DNA from: Oceanispirochaeta sp.
Lineage (GTDB): Bacteria > Spirochaetota > Spirochaetia > DSM-2461
NCBI GenBank assembly: GCA_963663385.2
Contig: CAXXXD010000004.1
Span: 640,001-704,000 of the forward strand
DNA: 64,000 nt
Direction of reading: 5' to 3'
In this document: piece by piece, positions 48,051 through 58,474 of the stretch
How the letters are laid out: the number at the start of each line of letters is the position of its first letter
Position numbering within the stretch: the first letter of the stretch is position 1
The notes under the pieces: model-generated
Databases searched by the model: none
What the model saw: the letters and a program-made list of their open reading frames with translations, nothing else
Told to the model about the DNA's origin: nothing
Position numbers and translations under genes: made by a program

Positions 48051-49730
48051 TCATGCCTCCTGTCTCTGACGCATCTTTTTTTCTTTTTCCAGTAGATCCT
48101 TTATATGTTTATCGGAAAAACCGGATGTTTCCTGCCAGGCAATCAGATCCAGTTCTTCCAGATTTACAAGCTTTTCCTTTTCTATGGACTGAAGAACCTC
48201 TTCCGAAAGGGTATTCATTCTGTTTTTCTCATCCTTATCCATAATGTTTTTATGGAAAACGGGGTATCGATCACTTTTTTTACTCAGCGCCGGAGCTTCA
48301 TTCAGCTGAATGAAATTATCTTCGGTCAAACAGCCTTCGGGGCCCCATCTACGCTCATATTCCATCAGTTTATTCCGGAGTTCTTCCTTTTTTGCGAGGA
48401 TATCCCCGTCGGGGGAGTGCAGCAGGTTCGTTCCTTCTCCCGGATCTTTGCTGAGATGAAACAGCTCCTCATACCCCCCATTGTAATAATAGTTATACTT
48501 GTATTCTCTGGTCCTGCAGGAAATCCATCGCCGTAAACCGGCGGAGAATTCCACGTACTGGCTGGTCCTGTCTTTATTTCTCTCTTTTTCCGGCATCAGA
48601 AGGCTTTCTCCCGGAAAACTGGTATTTTTATAATTGATGCTTATCCCGGCGGAATTCAGAATGGTGGGAAACAGATCGTTCAGATCGGCAAAGTCTTCCG
48701 AAATATCTCCCGGTTCAATTGTTCCGGGATAACTTAGTACCAGAGGAATTCTGGTACAGCTGTCATAGGGGAGTCCCTTTTCAAGAGCGCTGTGATCACC
48801 CAGCATTTCCCCATGGTCGCTGGTAAAAATAATGAGAGTTTTCTCCAGCTGACCTGTACTCTCCAGAGCATCCAGTATCCGGCCGATATTGTAATCCACC
48901 TGGCTGATGGCCGAGTAGTAGAGCTGACGGTACCGTTTCCTGAGTCTGTCCGATAAGCCTTCTGTCAGGCGGACGTTTTCCATGGCCGGCCGGGATAGGG
49001 GCGTCCTGGATTTGACAGGCTCCGGAAGTTCCACATCCTCGTAGAGATCAGCAAAACGGGGTGCCGGAGACTGGGGGGGGTGGGGGGATAACCAGCTGAC
49101 TTTCAGCAGCCAGGGGTGACGTCCCTGATTGGTTTTGAGAAAATCCACAGCCTTGTCGGCTACCCAGGTATCACCCATATGTTCTTCCGGTATAATGGAT
49201 TGCTGCGGAATATGGTAAAGCAGATTTTCACAGCCGTGCAAATTCAGAATATGTCCCCATCCTGATTCCTTGAGGTAAAGGGCGTAATCATCCTGTTCTC
49301 TGTATTCGGGTCTGCTCTCCATCAGGTGAAGCCGGTCATAACCGTGATGCCTTCGTACCGGCATAAACTGGTTCTTTCCAATGGCGATGGTTTCATAACC
49401 GTGATCGGACAGAACCTTCGGGAAGGTATTGATCCAGTTGGGCATGGTGTAGTTTTTATTGTTTTCTGTAAAACCGTGAATCTTTCCGTTCAGACCTGTC
49501 AGGATATTGTGCCGGGCCGGCATCCCGTCCGGAACAGGGGTAAACGCATGGGTATAAATCCGTCCGGAGCTGACCAGACGGTCCAGATTCGGTGTATACA
49601 TATAGGAATATCCAGCTGCCCTGATGGTGTTATAACGCATCTGGTCGGCAAGAAGGAGAAGGATATTCGGCCTGTTCTCTTTCTGTTCATACGGAACGGT
49701 TGCAGCTGTACTTCCCTGTGGGGTTACCAT
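48051..49730 (-). CDS. Sulfatase-family protein lacking the FGly precursor residue
   Basis: RPNILLLLADQMR, GY.T.AIGK, PHPP, FTSDHGEMLGDH; signature reads DGMPAR. Confidence 0.85.
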   Translation of the reverse strand: MVTPQGSTAATVPYEQKENRPNILLLLADQMRYNTIRAAGYSYMYTPNLDRLVSSGRIYTHAFTPVPDGMPARHNILTGLNGKIHGFTENNKNYTMPNWINTFPKVLSDHGYETIAIGKNQFMPVRRHHGYDRLHLMESRPEYREQDDYALYLKESGWGHILNLHGCENLLYHIPQQSIIPEEHMGDTWVADKAVDFLKTNQGRHPWLLKVSWLSPHPPQSPAPRFADLYEDVELPEPVKSRTPLSRPAMENVRLTEGLSDRLRKRYRQLYYSAISQVDYNIGRILDALESTGQLEKTLIIFTSDHGEMLGDHSALEKGLPYDSCTRIPLVLSYPGTIEPGDISEDFADLNDLFPTILNSAGISINYKNTSFPGESLLMPEKERNKDRTSQYVEFSAGLRRWISCRTREYKYNYYYNGGYEELFHLSKDPGEGTNLLHSPDGDILAKKEELRNKLMEYERRWGPEGCLTEDNFIQLNEAPALSKKSDRYPVFHKNIMDKDEKNRMNTLSEEVLQSIEKEKLVNLEELDLIAWQETSGFSDKHIKDLLEKEKKMRQRQEA

Positions 49731-49853
49731 GGATTCATCCTCCCGGGTTCCTCTGGGGAACCCGGAATCATTTTACAGGATAATCTGTGATGAGAGAAGG
49801 ATGAAAACGGGAGAATCAGCCACCCCGTACCGGAACAGGGCAGCCGAAGGGCA

Positions 49854-52800
49854 TCAGATTCCCTGACAGCTCAGAGCGGCAGGCAATGTTATACTCCAGA
49901 GAAACCGGAAAAACGCCGCCCCGGGATAAACAGGATCTTCATCAAGCACTTCCTCCAGCAGTTCCCGGCCGCGGTCTGTATTACCCAGTCCGTACTCTCC
50001 CAGAGCCATCAGATAGCGGCAGTAGAGCCTGTTCCGAGCATCCCCGTCCTGATCGAATATCAGCAGATCCGGAAGGGATACGGCAAAGTAGTCTATTTCC
50101 GTTTTGTCATGGTAGTGGGATTTTCCCCAGGACAGGAGTTTGTTGAACCTTCGGCGTGCTTCAACCGGATTCCCCAGACTCAACTGGGCCACGCCCTGAA
50201 AGTAGATAAGGTCGGCGGACTGATCGTTATAGTAACGGGATGCCGCAGGTTCCTGCTCTCCCCGGGTGGCCTCTGTAAAAGACTGGCGGGCTTCCTCCCT
50301 TCTGCCGGCAGCATCAAGGGCCAGACCTCTGAAATAGTCCAGCTCGTTATCCGTTATGGTACAGAGCTTTCCTTCTCCCAGGTTGTGAGGGTAGGAGTAG
50401 GCTCTTTCAAACCGGGCGAGAGCTTCTTCCGTGCGGCCGGATATAAGATTTTTTAAACCCGTCAGAACAAGAGAGCGGATGTACTGGGCGGAAACCCGTC
50501 CCTCTCCTCCCTCCCAGGGCTGAAACTGTCTGGTATTCAGGATCCCGATGGCTTCCTCCTCCTGTCCGGTCAGATTCAGGAGAGTCAGTTTTTCCACGGT
50601 CAGATCGTCCCGGGCTTCAACACAGTCCGGATACTTCTGCAGAAAGGCCAGGCGCTTCTCGGGGGAGTATCCCATCTTTTTGTAGAGCTGATCCAGTTCA
50701 AAAAGGATCCTGCTGTCCGTTGAATCCAGAAAGAAGGCTTCCTCCAGCAGTTTCAGGGCTTTTTCCGGATTTTCTTCTTTATTGCAGGCTCCCAGGGCCA
50801 GGTTTCTCCTGACTGTGGGGAAAACCGGATCGGCATCCGCCGCTTTCCGCCAGAGAGTAATCGCTCTGTCGAAGTTCCTGTGATGATAGTAGAAGTTTCC
50901 CGCGTAATAGGGTGCTTTTGTATCGTCAGGATGGTTCTGTATAACATGTTCCAGGATCATGATTGAATCGGTTCTGACGGGGAAGCAGAAATCCGGATCA
51001 GCTTCCGCTCCTGATTTATACCAGAGCGCTGCCTCTTCACTCTTTCCGGATTTTTCATAAAGGTAACCCAGGTAGTAACAGACCAGGGGTGATTCTGTTT
51101 TCCCGTCAATAAGATTAAGCAGCCCGATCGCCTCTTCAAAGGCGCCGCACCACAGGTAATCCAGGGCCAGCTCCCTGTAGGAGAACCGGTCTCCCCGTAT
51201 GAGTTTCTGAAATGATTTCAGATTCTGTTCCGTAGGCTGGAGCAGCCCTGTTTCATAGGAGGCCGCATGGCTCAGGGGATCAGCGGTTTTCAGTTCTTCC
51301 AGAATCTTCACAGCTTCCGTGGCTCTGTTGAGTTTCCTCAGGATCAGAGCCTTCAGGTGGAGGGCTTTCCTGTTGTGACGACCTGCCCAAAGAGCGCGAT
51401 CGACTTCCAGTAGAGCCTGATCCAGATTTCCCCGGGCGCAGGACAGTCTGGCCAGTTCACAGTATCCGGCCCCCTGCCAGGCGCCGTTCCATACGGATTT
51501 ATAGAACTTTTCATAGGCTTCCCTGTCTTTGCCCTGGTAGCGGAGCGTCCATCCGAGGTGAAAAAGGGCCTCTCCGTCATAAGGGTTGGGGTTGCGGAAG
51601 GTCTGCCGTTTTACAGCCTGACGGAAATGATCCTCTGCCGCAGTAAAGCGACCTCTCTGCAGCTCCCTTTTTCCCAGAGCCGTATGACAGCGGCTGTCTC
51701 CGGGATCCCGTTTCAGGCCTTCCCGGTAGTAATCGTCGGGATTGCGGGTCGCATGACGGTACTGTTCCAGGTGAAGCCCCGTAAGAAAGAGTTCTTCTGT
51801 TGAGGCAATCTCCTCTGCGGGAGGAGCTGCTTCGGCCGGTTCCGGTATGGGGCGCAGCTGGTCTTCCTCCTTCCAGGCAGACAGGATCTGCTCCGTCCGG
51901 CTGGATAGAACCAGTGAAAAATCCTTCTCGCCGGAGCCGGCGGGCCGGGGGAAGGTGGAATGAAAACTTTTTTCCGGTGTGAGGTTCAGGGTTTGGGTAT
52001 ATAGAACTTCGGATCCCAGTTTCAGCTCCAGGGTCAGATCCTTTTCCGGGCTCATTGTATAGACCCCCATCCTGATTTCATCCTCTTCTATCTGGAGAGA
52101 GAGGGCCGCCCTGGTGGAGGCATTCTCTACACTGTTCAGTTCCTTGTAGGGCATAAAGTTCTGCCGGAAAACCTTCTCTTCTCCGGGCTGAAGCCAGGAG
52201 AAGTCCGGCTGGTTATCTGTAAAAGCCCCGGTCATCAGTTCAATATAAGGGCCGTCTTCATCAGTCAGATTCCGGTCCCAGGCCTGACCGAAGTCCCCGT
52301 TGCCCCAGGTCCACTGTTTTTTTCCCGGTACCAGGTGGTGGTTGGCCACATGAAGCATCCCGGCTTTTTTTTCATGATCATAGCAGCCCATAAAATCATA
52401 ATCCGAATGATAGGCCATATAACTGGTAGGGACGGGAATATTTTTATAGCGGCTGATATCGACCCCTTCGGAGTAGTCCATCTTGTAATAGGTTCCCGTA
52501 GCGATGGGGAAGGTGGATACATCCCTTTTCCCGTGATCCATAACAGCATGAACATCCGGCGGGAAAATGGACTGATAGCTGTCGCTTACGGCAACCGCCG
52601 GGTTGGCCCACCAGAGGAAGGTCCGGGGAGTATTGGAACCGTTATACAGCCGGGCTTCTATTTCCAGTACGGCCTTTTCCGGGCGCAGTATGAAAGCGGT
52701 GGAACAGCGGGTCAGGCCGATGTGATCCTGTTCTCCCACCCATATTACGGCGCTGCCGTCCTCCTTCGTTTCATAGAGATGATCCGTAGGTTCATAGGTT

Positions 52801-53177
52801 CCGGGACGGTGGTGCTGGGGCCAGTTGAACTCGATGCCTCCGGAGATCCAGGGGCCGGTCAGACCGACCAGGGCCGGTTTTATTACTCTGTTATGGTAGA
52901 CAAAGTGGTAATCATTTGTCTTGTCGTAGGCCATCTGGACCCTTCCTCCCAGTTCCGGGAGGACCATAATCTTAAGGTACTCATTCTCCAGGTAGAGGGC
53001 TTTCCACTGCCGGTTTTCTTTTTCCGTTCCCACCGATTCTATTACGGGATAAGGGTAAACAGCTCCGCTGGATCCCTGATAGACCCGTTTTTCCAGAAAA
53101 AGGGGATTCTTTTCTTTTTTTCCAACAGGGTAGGTCGGTATGGTTATCCTCTCCTCCCATACTTGAACAGTCCTCAT
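49854..53177 (-). CDS. DUF5107/TPR protein (YphG-like)
   Basis: KRVYQGSSGAVYPYP, LENEYL.IMVLPELGGR, KPALVGLTGPWISGGIEFNWPQHHRP; C-terminal TPRs. Confidence 0.9.
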   Translation of the reverse strand: MRTVQVWEERITIPTYPVGKKEKNPLFLEKRVYQGSSGAVYPYPVIESVGTEKENRQWKALYLENEYLKIMVLPELGGRVQMAYDKTNDYHFVYHNRVIKPALVGLTGPWISGGIEFNWPQHHRPGTYEPTDHLYETKEDGSAVIWVGEQDHIGLTRCSTAFILRPEKAVLEIEARLYNGSNTPRTFLWWANPAVAVSDSYQSIFPPDVHAVMDHGKRDVSTFPIATGTYYKMDYSEGVDISRYKNIPVPTSYMAYHSDYDFMGCYDHEKKAGMLHVANHHLVPGKKQWTWGNGDFGQAWDRNLTDEDGPYIELMTGAFTDNQPDFSWLQPGEEKVFRQNFMPYKELNSVENASTRAALSLQIEEDEIRMGVYTMSPEKDLTLELKLGSEVLYTQTLNLTPEKSFHSTFPRPAGSGEKDFSLVLSSRTEQILSAWKEEDQLRPIPEPAEAAPPAEEIASTEELFLTGLHLEQYRHATRNPDDYYREGLKRDPGDSRCHTALGKRELQRGRFTAAEDHFRQAVKRQTFRNPNPYDGEALFHLGWTLRYQGKDREAYEKFYKSVWNGAWQGAGYCELARLSCARGNLDQALLEVDRALWAGRHNRKALHLKALILRKLNRATEAVKILEELKTADPLSHAASYETGLLQPTEQNLKSFQKLIRGDRFSYRELALDYLWCGAFEEAIGLLNLIDGKTESPLVCYYLGYLYEKSGKSEEAALWYKSGAEADPDFCFPVRTDSIMILEHVIQNHPDDTKAPYYAGNFYYHHRNFDRAITLWRKAADADPVFPTVRRNLALGACNKEENPEKALKLLEEAFFLDSTDSRILFELDQLYKKMGYSPEKRLAFLQKYPDCVEARDDLTVEKLTLLNLTGQEEEAIGILNTRQFQPWEGGEGRVSAQYIRSLVLTGLKNLISGRTEEALARFERAYSYPHNLGEGKLCTITDNELDYFRGLALDAAGRREEARQSFTEATRGEQEPAASRYYNDQSADLIYFQGVAQLSLGNPVEARRRFNKLLSWGKSHYHDKTEIDYFAVSLPDLLIFDQDGDARNRLYCRYLMALGEYGLGNTDRGRELLEEVLDEDPVYPGAAFFRFLWSITLPAALSCQGI

Positions 53178-53338
53178 ATTTTTCTCCTTGCAGGGTAAGC
53201 TTTTGTCTTTTTACCTGATTATAGAACCGTACTATCCGGTTTAAAATGGACGGATTTCTTCAGGGATGGATAATCTTATGATTTGACTGTTCAATAACTG
53301 TGATATAATCGAAAATACAAGAGTTTCAGGAGATTATA

Positions 53339-54232
53339 TTGAAATATTTAAGGAAAGAGGAAGGGTTCCGGGGGCAGCGGCTGTTTGTAATACCACCGGA
53401 TGTTACAGATGAGGCGAACCTCAATCCGCACAACCGGAATCTGCAGGTCAGCGCCGCGGGGTACTACCCTTCCGCGGCGGGGCATCAGAAAATCCGCTCT
53501 GAACCTCTGGAGGAGGGGATCCTCCTTTTCTGTCACAGGGGCAGCGGTTTTGTAAGAACCGGCGGGAAGTCGGTTCTGCTCCATGAACGGGAGGTCTGTC
53601 TCCTGCCGCCGGGGCAGTCCCATATCTACGGGGCTTCGGACCATGATCCATGGAGCCTGTACTGGATGCATATCAGAGGCGATCTGCTGGGGGTCTATCT
53701 GCGGCTTCTCAAGGAGAACAGTATGGTCCCTGTCAGTTCCGGTGCGGATGAGCAGGCTGTGCAGCTGTTCGGGATGCTGTTCCAGGCTCTTGAAAGAGGG
53801 TATTCCCGGGAGATCCTGATTCACGCCGGACAGCTGGCCGGTACTATTCTTACAGCCCTTTTCTATAGTAACCGGGATTTTCATCCCCAGATGGGCTCTG
53901 CAAACAGCCGGCGCCTGGATGATGCAGTGAAGACGATGCAGGATAAGGTTGCTGAGGGTGAAAGTTTTTCTCTTTCCGAGATGGCGTTGTCCGTGGGGCT
54001 TTCGGTGCCTCATTTTTCTGAATTATTCCGAAACGGGATGGGATATCCGCCGGTTGAATACTTCAACCGGCTCCGTATTCAAAAGGCCTGCCGGCTTCTT
54101 GAACTTACCACTGAGACAATTCAGGAGGTGGCCGGAGAGAGCGGCTATAGTGATCAGTACTATTTCTCCCGGGTTTTCAGAAAGATAATGGGGGTATCTC
54201 CCAGTGAATACAGAAATAAAGCGCATCATTAA
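53339..54232 (+). CDS. AraC family transcriptional regulator
   Basis: EGF.GQR, HIYGAS..DPWSLYWMH; C-terminal YFSRVFRKIMGVSPSEYR. Confidence 0.93.
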   Translation: MKYLRKEEGFRGQRLFVIPPDVTDEANLNPHNRNLQVSAAGYYPSAAGHQKIRSEPLEEGILLFCHRGSGFVRTGGKSVLLHEREVCLLPPGQSHIYGASDHDPWSLYWMHIRGDLLGVYLRLLKENSMVPVSSGADEQAVQLFGMLFQALERGYSREILIHAGQLAGTILTALFYSNRDFHPQMGSANSRRLDDAVKTMQDKVAEGESFSLSEMALSVGLSVPHFSELFRNGMGYPPVEYFNRLRIQKACRLLELTTETIQEVAGESGYSDQYYFSRVFRKIMGVSPSEYRNKAHH

Positions 54233-54245
54233 GGAGTAGAAACAC

Positions 54246-55154
54246 GTGAATAATATGGTAATACTGGAAAACAGTTCTCTGCGGCTGGAGATCCTGCCGT
54301 CGCGGGGCGGTAAGATCTTGTCTATCTGGAATAAGGAAAACGGGGCTGAATGGCTCTACCGGGGGGAGTCAGACGGTTTTCCGGCCCCCGAATCTTATAG
54401 AAGGAGGATCTTTGATGAAAAGGAAGCCTTCGGGATGGATGAAATGTTCCCGACAATCAACCCTGAAGAAATTACGGATCCCTCCGGATCTGTCTTAACC
54501 CTGCCGGATCATGGTGAAATATGGAGCCGGTCCTGGGAGGTCGTCCAGCACAGTTCCAAAGAGCTGAATCTGAAAGTTGAGGGATCCATACTCCCTTACA
54601 CTTTCAGCCGGGATCTTCTGCTGGAGAATAACCGTATCCTTCTCCGGTACAGAGCCGGGAATCCGGGGGACGCCCCCATCCCTGCTCTCTGGACCCCTCA
54701 TCCTCTCTTTTCGTTTTATGACGAAACAGAAATTCTGGTCCCCGATGAACTTGATACCATCCGGCAGGCCATGGCGGACGGTCCCCTGGGAGAGTACGGT
54801 TCCCTGCACTCCCTTGCTCCTTCCGGTGACATTCCCGGTGCGGGCAACCTGCTGCACCCCGGGACCCTGCCGGAAGGCAGCGCCTTTAAATTCTACGGAG
54901 AAAAACCTTTGAAGGAAGGTTATTGCGGATTAAAAGACAGGCGGGGGCGTCTGACTTTCACCTATCCTGCAGAACAGATACCCTGGCTGGGGTTCTGGAT
55001 TAACAGGAAAGGCTGGGGAAATCAGCAGAATCTGGCCCTGGAACCGGCTACCGCTCCCATGGACGGGCCGAAAGCCGCAGAGAAGTTCAAGGTAACCGCC
55101 CAGCTCAAATCCCGGGAGGTTTGGGAGTGGGAGATGGTTATTGAAATCCGATAA
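54246..55154 (+). CDS. Galactose mutarotase-like (aldose 1-epimerase fold) protein
   Basis: LEN..LRLEILP.RGGKI.S, G.DEMFPT, PDHGEIW, W.PHP, LALEP. Confidence 0.75.
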   Translation: MNNMVILENSSLRLEILPSRGGKILSIWNKENGAEWLYRGESDGFPAPESYRRRIFDEKEAFGMDEMFPTINPEEITDPSGSVLTLPDHGEIWSRSWEVVQHSSKELNLKVEGSILPYTFSRDLLLENNRILLRYRAGNPGDAPIPALWTPHPLFSFYDETEILVPDELDTIRQAMADGPLGEYGSLHSLAPSGDIPGAGNLLHPGTLPEGSAFKFYGEKPLKEGYCGLKDRRGRLTFTYPAEQIPWLGFWINRKGWGNQQNLALEPATAPMDGPKAAEKFKVTAQLKSREVWEWEMVIEIR

Positions 55155-55196
55155 GATTGCTTATACAGGACGCCCCGATTCATATCTATTTGAGTT

Positions 55197-56285
55197 TTAG
55201 AACGGATTCAGCTCTTTCATGATCCTGATATAGCTGTGCAGGTTGTCCCAGGGGACTTCCGGTTCAATTACATGGGTTGGAGAGATCAGAAAGCCCCGCT
55301 TCCCATTGCTCATTTCGACTCTTTTCATCACATCGTTTCTCACATCCTCAGGAGATCCGAAAGGCATGGTTGTCTGAGTTCCGATTGAGCCCCAGAAGGC
55401 CAGTCTGTCGCAGTATTTACTGTAGACTTCCTCCACATCCATGCTTTCCGGCTGAACCGGATTCAGTACTTCAACCCCCGCATCGATCAGGTCGTCGATA
55501 AAGGGGGTGGCAAAACCGCAGGAGTGATAGGATATGATTACATCGGGATTGACAGCTTTGGCCGAAGCAATGACCCGGGCCAGTTTGGGTTGAATATACC
55601 GGAGCCATAGGTTCGGGTCCATAAGGGGAGTGGACTGCATGCCTATATCGTCGCCCAGGGCAATCAGGTCCACCCCGGCTTCCGCCAGAAAGGCGGCTGT
55701 CCGGCAGGAGTGTTCGCATATCCTGTCCAGCAGCCGTTCCGCTTTGGGATCGTCCAGCATCATATCCATCATCAGATCTTCCATTCCCCGGATCAGCCAG
55801 GAGCGTTCCCATATCGTCTGCTCAAGCCATGCCCTGACAGCAAGGCCCTTGCCATGGATCTCATTAATAGTTTTCTTTAACCGCTCTTCCTCCCCTTCTG
55901 CTATTTTCGGAAGGAGATGGTTCTCTATATCCTCCAGTGTACATTCACCTGTAAGGGGTGGATGAAAGTGAACCATATGCATGCAGGCTTCCGATCCCCT
56001 GGATGTAGCGGTTCCAAAGGGATCCACTTCAAACTCATCGGGCATATCCCGGTCTGCAAAAAGGGATTTTCCGTCTCCCTCATAGGTTTTTGCCATTTCC
56101 ACCTGAACCGTTCTGTGGAACAGCCCGAAGTACTCTTCCACGGTCTGGCCGGTCTTCATTCCATTGAACTCCGTCAGTTTGGGGGGAGTCAGATCGATAT
56201 CCGGGGGAAAGATCCTGGCATCACATTCTTTCTCTTCTCTCTTTAAAACTTTTCTAAATGCGTCTCTCTTGTTCATACCTGACAT
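55197..56285 (-). CDS. Uroporphyrinogen decarboxylase / MtaA-like TIM-barrel protein
   Basis: WLIRGMEDLM, GDDIG.Q, YHSCG, LNPVQPE, FWGSIGTQ, SPTH.I. Confidence 0.88.
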   Translation of the reverse strand: MSGMNKRDAFRKVLKREEKECDARIFPPDIDLTPPKLTEFNGMKTGQTVEEYFGLFHRTVQVEMAKTYEGDGKSLFADRDMPDEFEVDPFGTATSRGSEACMHMVHFHPPLTGECTLEDIENHLLPKIAEGEEERLKKTINEIHGKGLAVRAWLEQTIWERSWLIRGMEDLMMDMMLDDPKAERLLDRICEHSCRTAAFLAEAGVDLIALGDDIGMQSTPLMDPNLWLRYIQPKLARVIASAKAVNPDVIISYHSCGFATPFIDDLIDAGVEVLNPVQPESMDVEEVYSKYCDRLAFWGSIGTQTTMPFGSPEDVRNDVMKRVEMSNGKRGFLISPTHVIEPEVPWDNLHSYIRIMKELNPF

Positions 56286-56375
56286 TATCAGGCCGGATTA
56301 GTCTGTCGTATAGAGATTTTTTGCCGCATAATAGTGGATAAAATGATTGTTTTATATGTTTAAATAGCATTAAGA

Positions 56376-57263
56376 ATGATATATAAGGATTTTAGAGTGT
56401 ATAATATGACTATGAATTCACTCGAGAACAATATCATCTTCAAGAGCCCCGGGAAGATGATTCCCGGACTGACTGTTATTGCTTCAGGTAAAATTGAGCA
56501 CCAGGATTTCAATATTGAAGGATTCCGGGTTTTGAATAACTATGCTGCTGTTTTTGTTTCTAAAGGGCAGGGGGAGTATTACACGCCGGAAGATACGGCT
56601 CCGATCAGGCTGGAAGAAGGGAATCTTTTCTTTCTTGCTCCGGGTGTCGCTCACAGGTATGGACCTGTGGACGGACTGTGGACCCAGTATTGGGTGGTTT
56701 TTACGGGACAGATGGCCCAGCTGTTTGAAAAAGGGGGGTATTTTGATCCTGCCTCGCCGGTTTTGAACAATCTCCGGCGATGGGATGTACAGTCGGCTTT
56801 TGAAGAGCTGATCACTCTTTCCGAACGGAAACCCCTGGATTACGGGATTCAGATGTCGGTTATCCTCTACCGCCTGCTGCTTTCCGTCATTCCGGGGATT
56901 TCCGATGCCGGCAGATCCTGCAACGTGAAGGAGGAACTGACGGAGGAGATAAAAAGCCGGCTTCAGGAGAATCTGCTGACCAGGAGGACCGTAAAGGAGA
57001 TCCTGAGCATCCGGGGGTACTCCTATAACTATCTCAGGGCTGTTTTCAAGGAGATTACCGGGTATTCTCCCATACAGTATCAGAACAGGCTCCGGGTGGA
57101 GTATGTCTGCGAACAGCTCTCCTTTTCCAGTCAGTCCATAAAGGAGATCGCTTATAATGCCGGGTTTGACGATCCTCAGTATTTCAGCAGAATGTTTCGC
57201 AAAACAACCGGGATCACTCCCGGGCAGTATAGAAAGTCCATTGTCTCGTATGCACAGAATTAA
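56376..57263 (+). CDS. AraC family transcriptional regulator
   Basis: PGVAHRYG, W.QYWV.F; C-terminal GFDDPQYFSRMFRK.TG.TP..YR; true start may be 56406/56412. Confidence 0.92.
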   Translation: MIYKDFRVYNMTMNSLENNIIFKSPGKMIPGLTVIASGKIEHQDFNIEGFRVLNNYAAVFVSKGQGEYYTPEDTAPIRLEEGNLFFLAPGVAHRYGPVDGLWTQYWVVFTGQMAQLFEKGGYFDPASPVLNNLRRWDVQSAFEELITLSERKPLDYGIQMSVILYRLLLSVIPGISDAGRSCNVKEELTEEIKSRLQENLLTRRTVKEILSIRGYSYNYLRAVFKEITGYSPIQYQNRLRVEYVCEQLSFSSQSIKEIAYNAGFDDPQYFSRMFRKTTGITPGQYRKSIVSYAQN

Positions 57264-57304
57264 GTCTTCTTTTACAATCTGTTTTCCTCGGGTATAATTC
57301 TGCC

Positions 57305-58345
57305 ATGGCAGAAAGAGTATCGCTTCAGGATATCGCCGATTCCCTGGGAATCTCGCGGGGAACCGTTGACCGGGCCATCCATAACCGGGGACGGATTAAC
57401 TCCGAAACCAGAGATAAAGTCCTATCGGAAGCCAGGCGTCTGGGGTATATAGACAGAAAAATAGATTCCTTTCTCCCTCTGAAGGAGAAGAAAATCATAG
57501 AAATCCTGATTCCGGGGGAGGATCCTTTTTTCGGAAAAATCGAGGAGGGTTTCCGGAAGGCCATGGCCAATGAGCCCTCCGGCTTCCAGCTGCGGATCAG
57601 GAATGTCACCCTTGAAAATCCGGAGGAGGAAAAAAAATATCTGGATAAACTCGGCAGGAATCCCGGTGAGGTTTCCGGGGTTATTATCGTCCCATCCGAC
57701 CGGGATTATCTGAACAGTTCCATACTGAAACTGGAACTGGCGGGGATTCGGGTCGTAACGGTTAATACGGATGCTCCCGACAGCGGCAGGTCCGTTTTTT
57801 TCGGCCAGAATCTTTATGCATCCGGTCGTGTTGCCGGTGAGATTCTGATGCAGATAAGCAGTGGACCAGTACTTATCCTGAGCGGATATGAACGGCTGTG
57901 GGCCCATGAGGAGAGAATCAGGGGATTCCTTGATATTTACAGGGAAAACGGGCGTCAACGCGAGATAGTCGGGCCCTTTTTTATGCAGGATAAAATTGCA
58001 AATGCATATACGATACTATCGAATAATCTGGGAGCTGTTAACGGAATCTATGCCGTAAGCGGTCAGGCGACGGAAGGGGCCGGGAGTTTTCTGGCCGGCA
58101 ATAAATTGAAGCTTCCACTGGTGGGGTATGACTGCAGCGATGCAAACCGGAAACTTCTGAAAGCAGGAGCCGTTACATCCCTGATTTATCAGTCCCCCGA
58201 ACTTCAGGGGTATTTTGCCGTTAAATGGCTGATACAATCTTTAAACAATAATTCAATAGGCAGGGATGAAGGAATTCAGACTCCCATCGATATCTATTTC
58301 CGGGAGAATATTGACTTTTTCAAAGACCATACAGAGTTGTATTAA
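57305..58345 (+). CDS. LacI family transcriptional regulator
   Basis: SLQDIA..LGISRGTVDRAIHNRG HTH plus sugar-binding domain. Confidence 0.93.
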   Translation: MAERVSLQDIADSLGISRGTVDRAIHNRGRINSETRDKVLSEARRLGYIDRKIDSFLPLKEKKIIEILIPGEDPFFGKIEEGFRKAMANEPSGFQLRIRNVTLENPEEEKKYLDKLGRNPGEVSGVIIVPSDRDYLNSSILKLELAGIRVVTVNTDAPDSGRSVFFGQNLYASGRVAGEILMQISSGPVLILSGYERLWAHEERIRGFLDIYRENGRQREIVGPFFMQDKIANAYTILSNNLGAVNGIYAVSGQATEGAGSFLAGNKLKLPLVGYDCSDANRKLLKAGAVTSLIYQSPELQGYFAVKWLIQSLNNNSIGRDEGIQTPIDIYFRENIDFFKDHTELY

Positions 58346-58375
58346 ATTACGATTTTCCAGCTGATCATTTTTTTT

Positions 58376-58446
58376 ATATGCGTGCATATGAACGCTTGAC
58401 TGATACCTTTCCGGAGAGGTAAAATTAAGTGTGCAAATGCACGCAT
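58376..58446 (+). promoter_or_regulatory. Promoter flanked by two LacI-type operator candidates
   Basis: ATATGCGTGCATAT (58376) and ATGCACGCAT (58437) around TTGACT-18-TAAAAT. Confidence 0.6.
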
Positions 58447-58474
58447 AGTCCAATACTTTCTAAAAGGAGATAAG

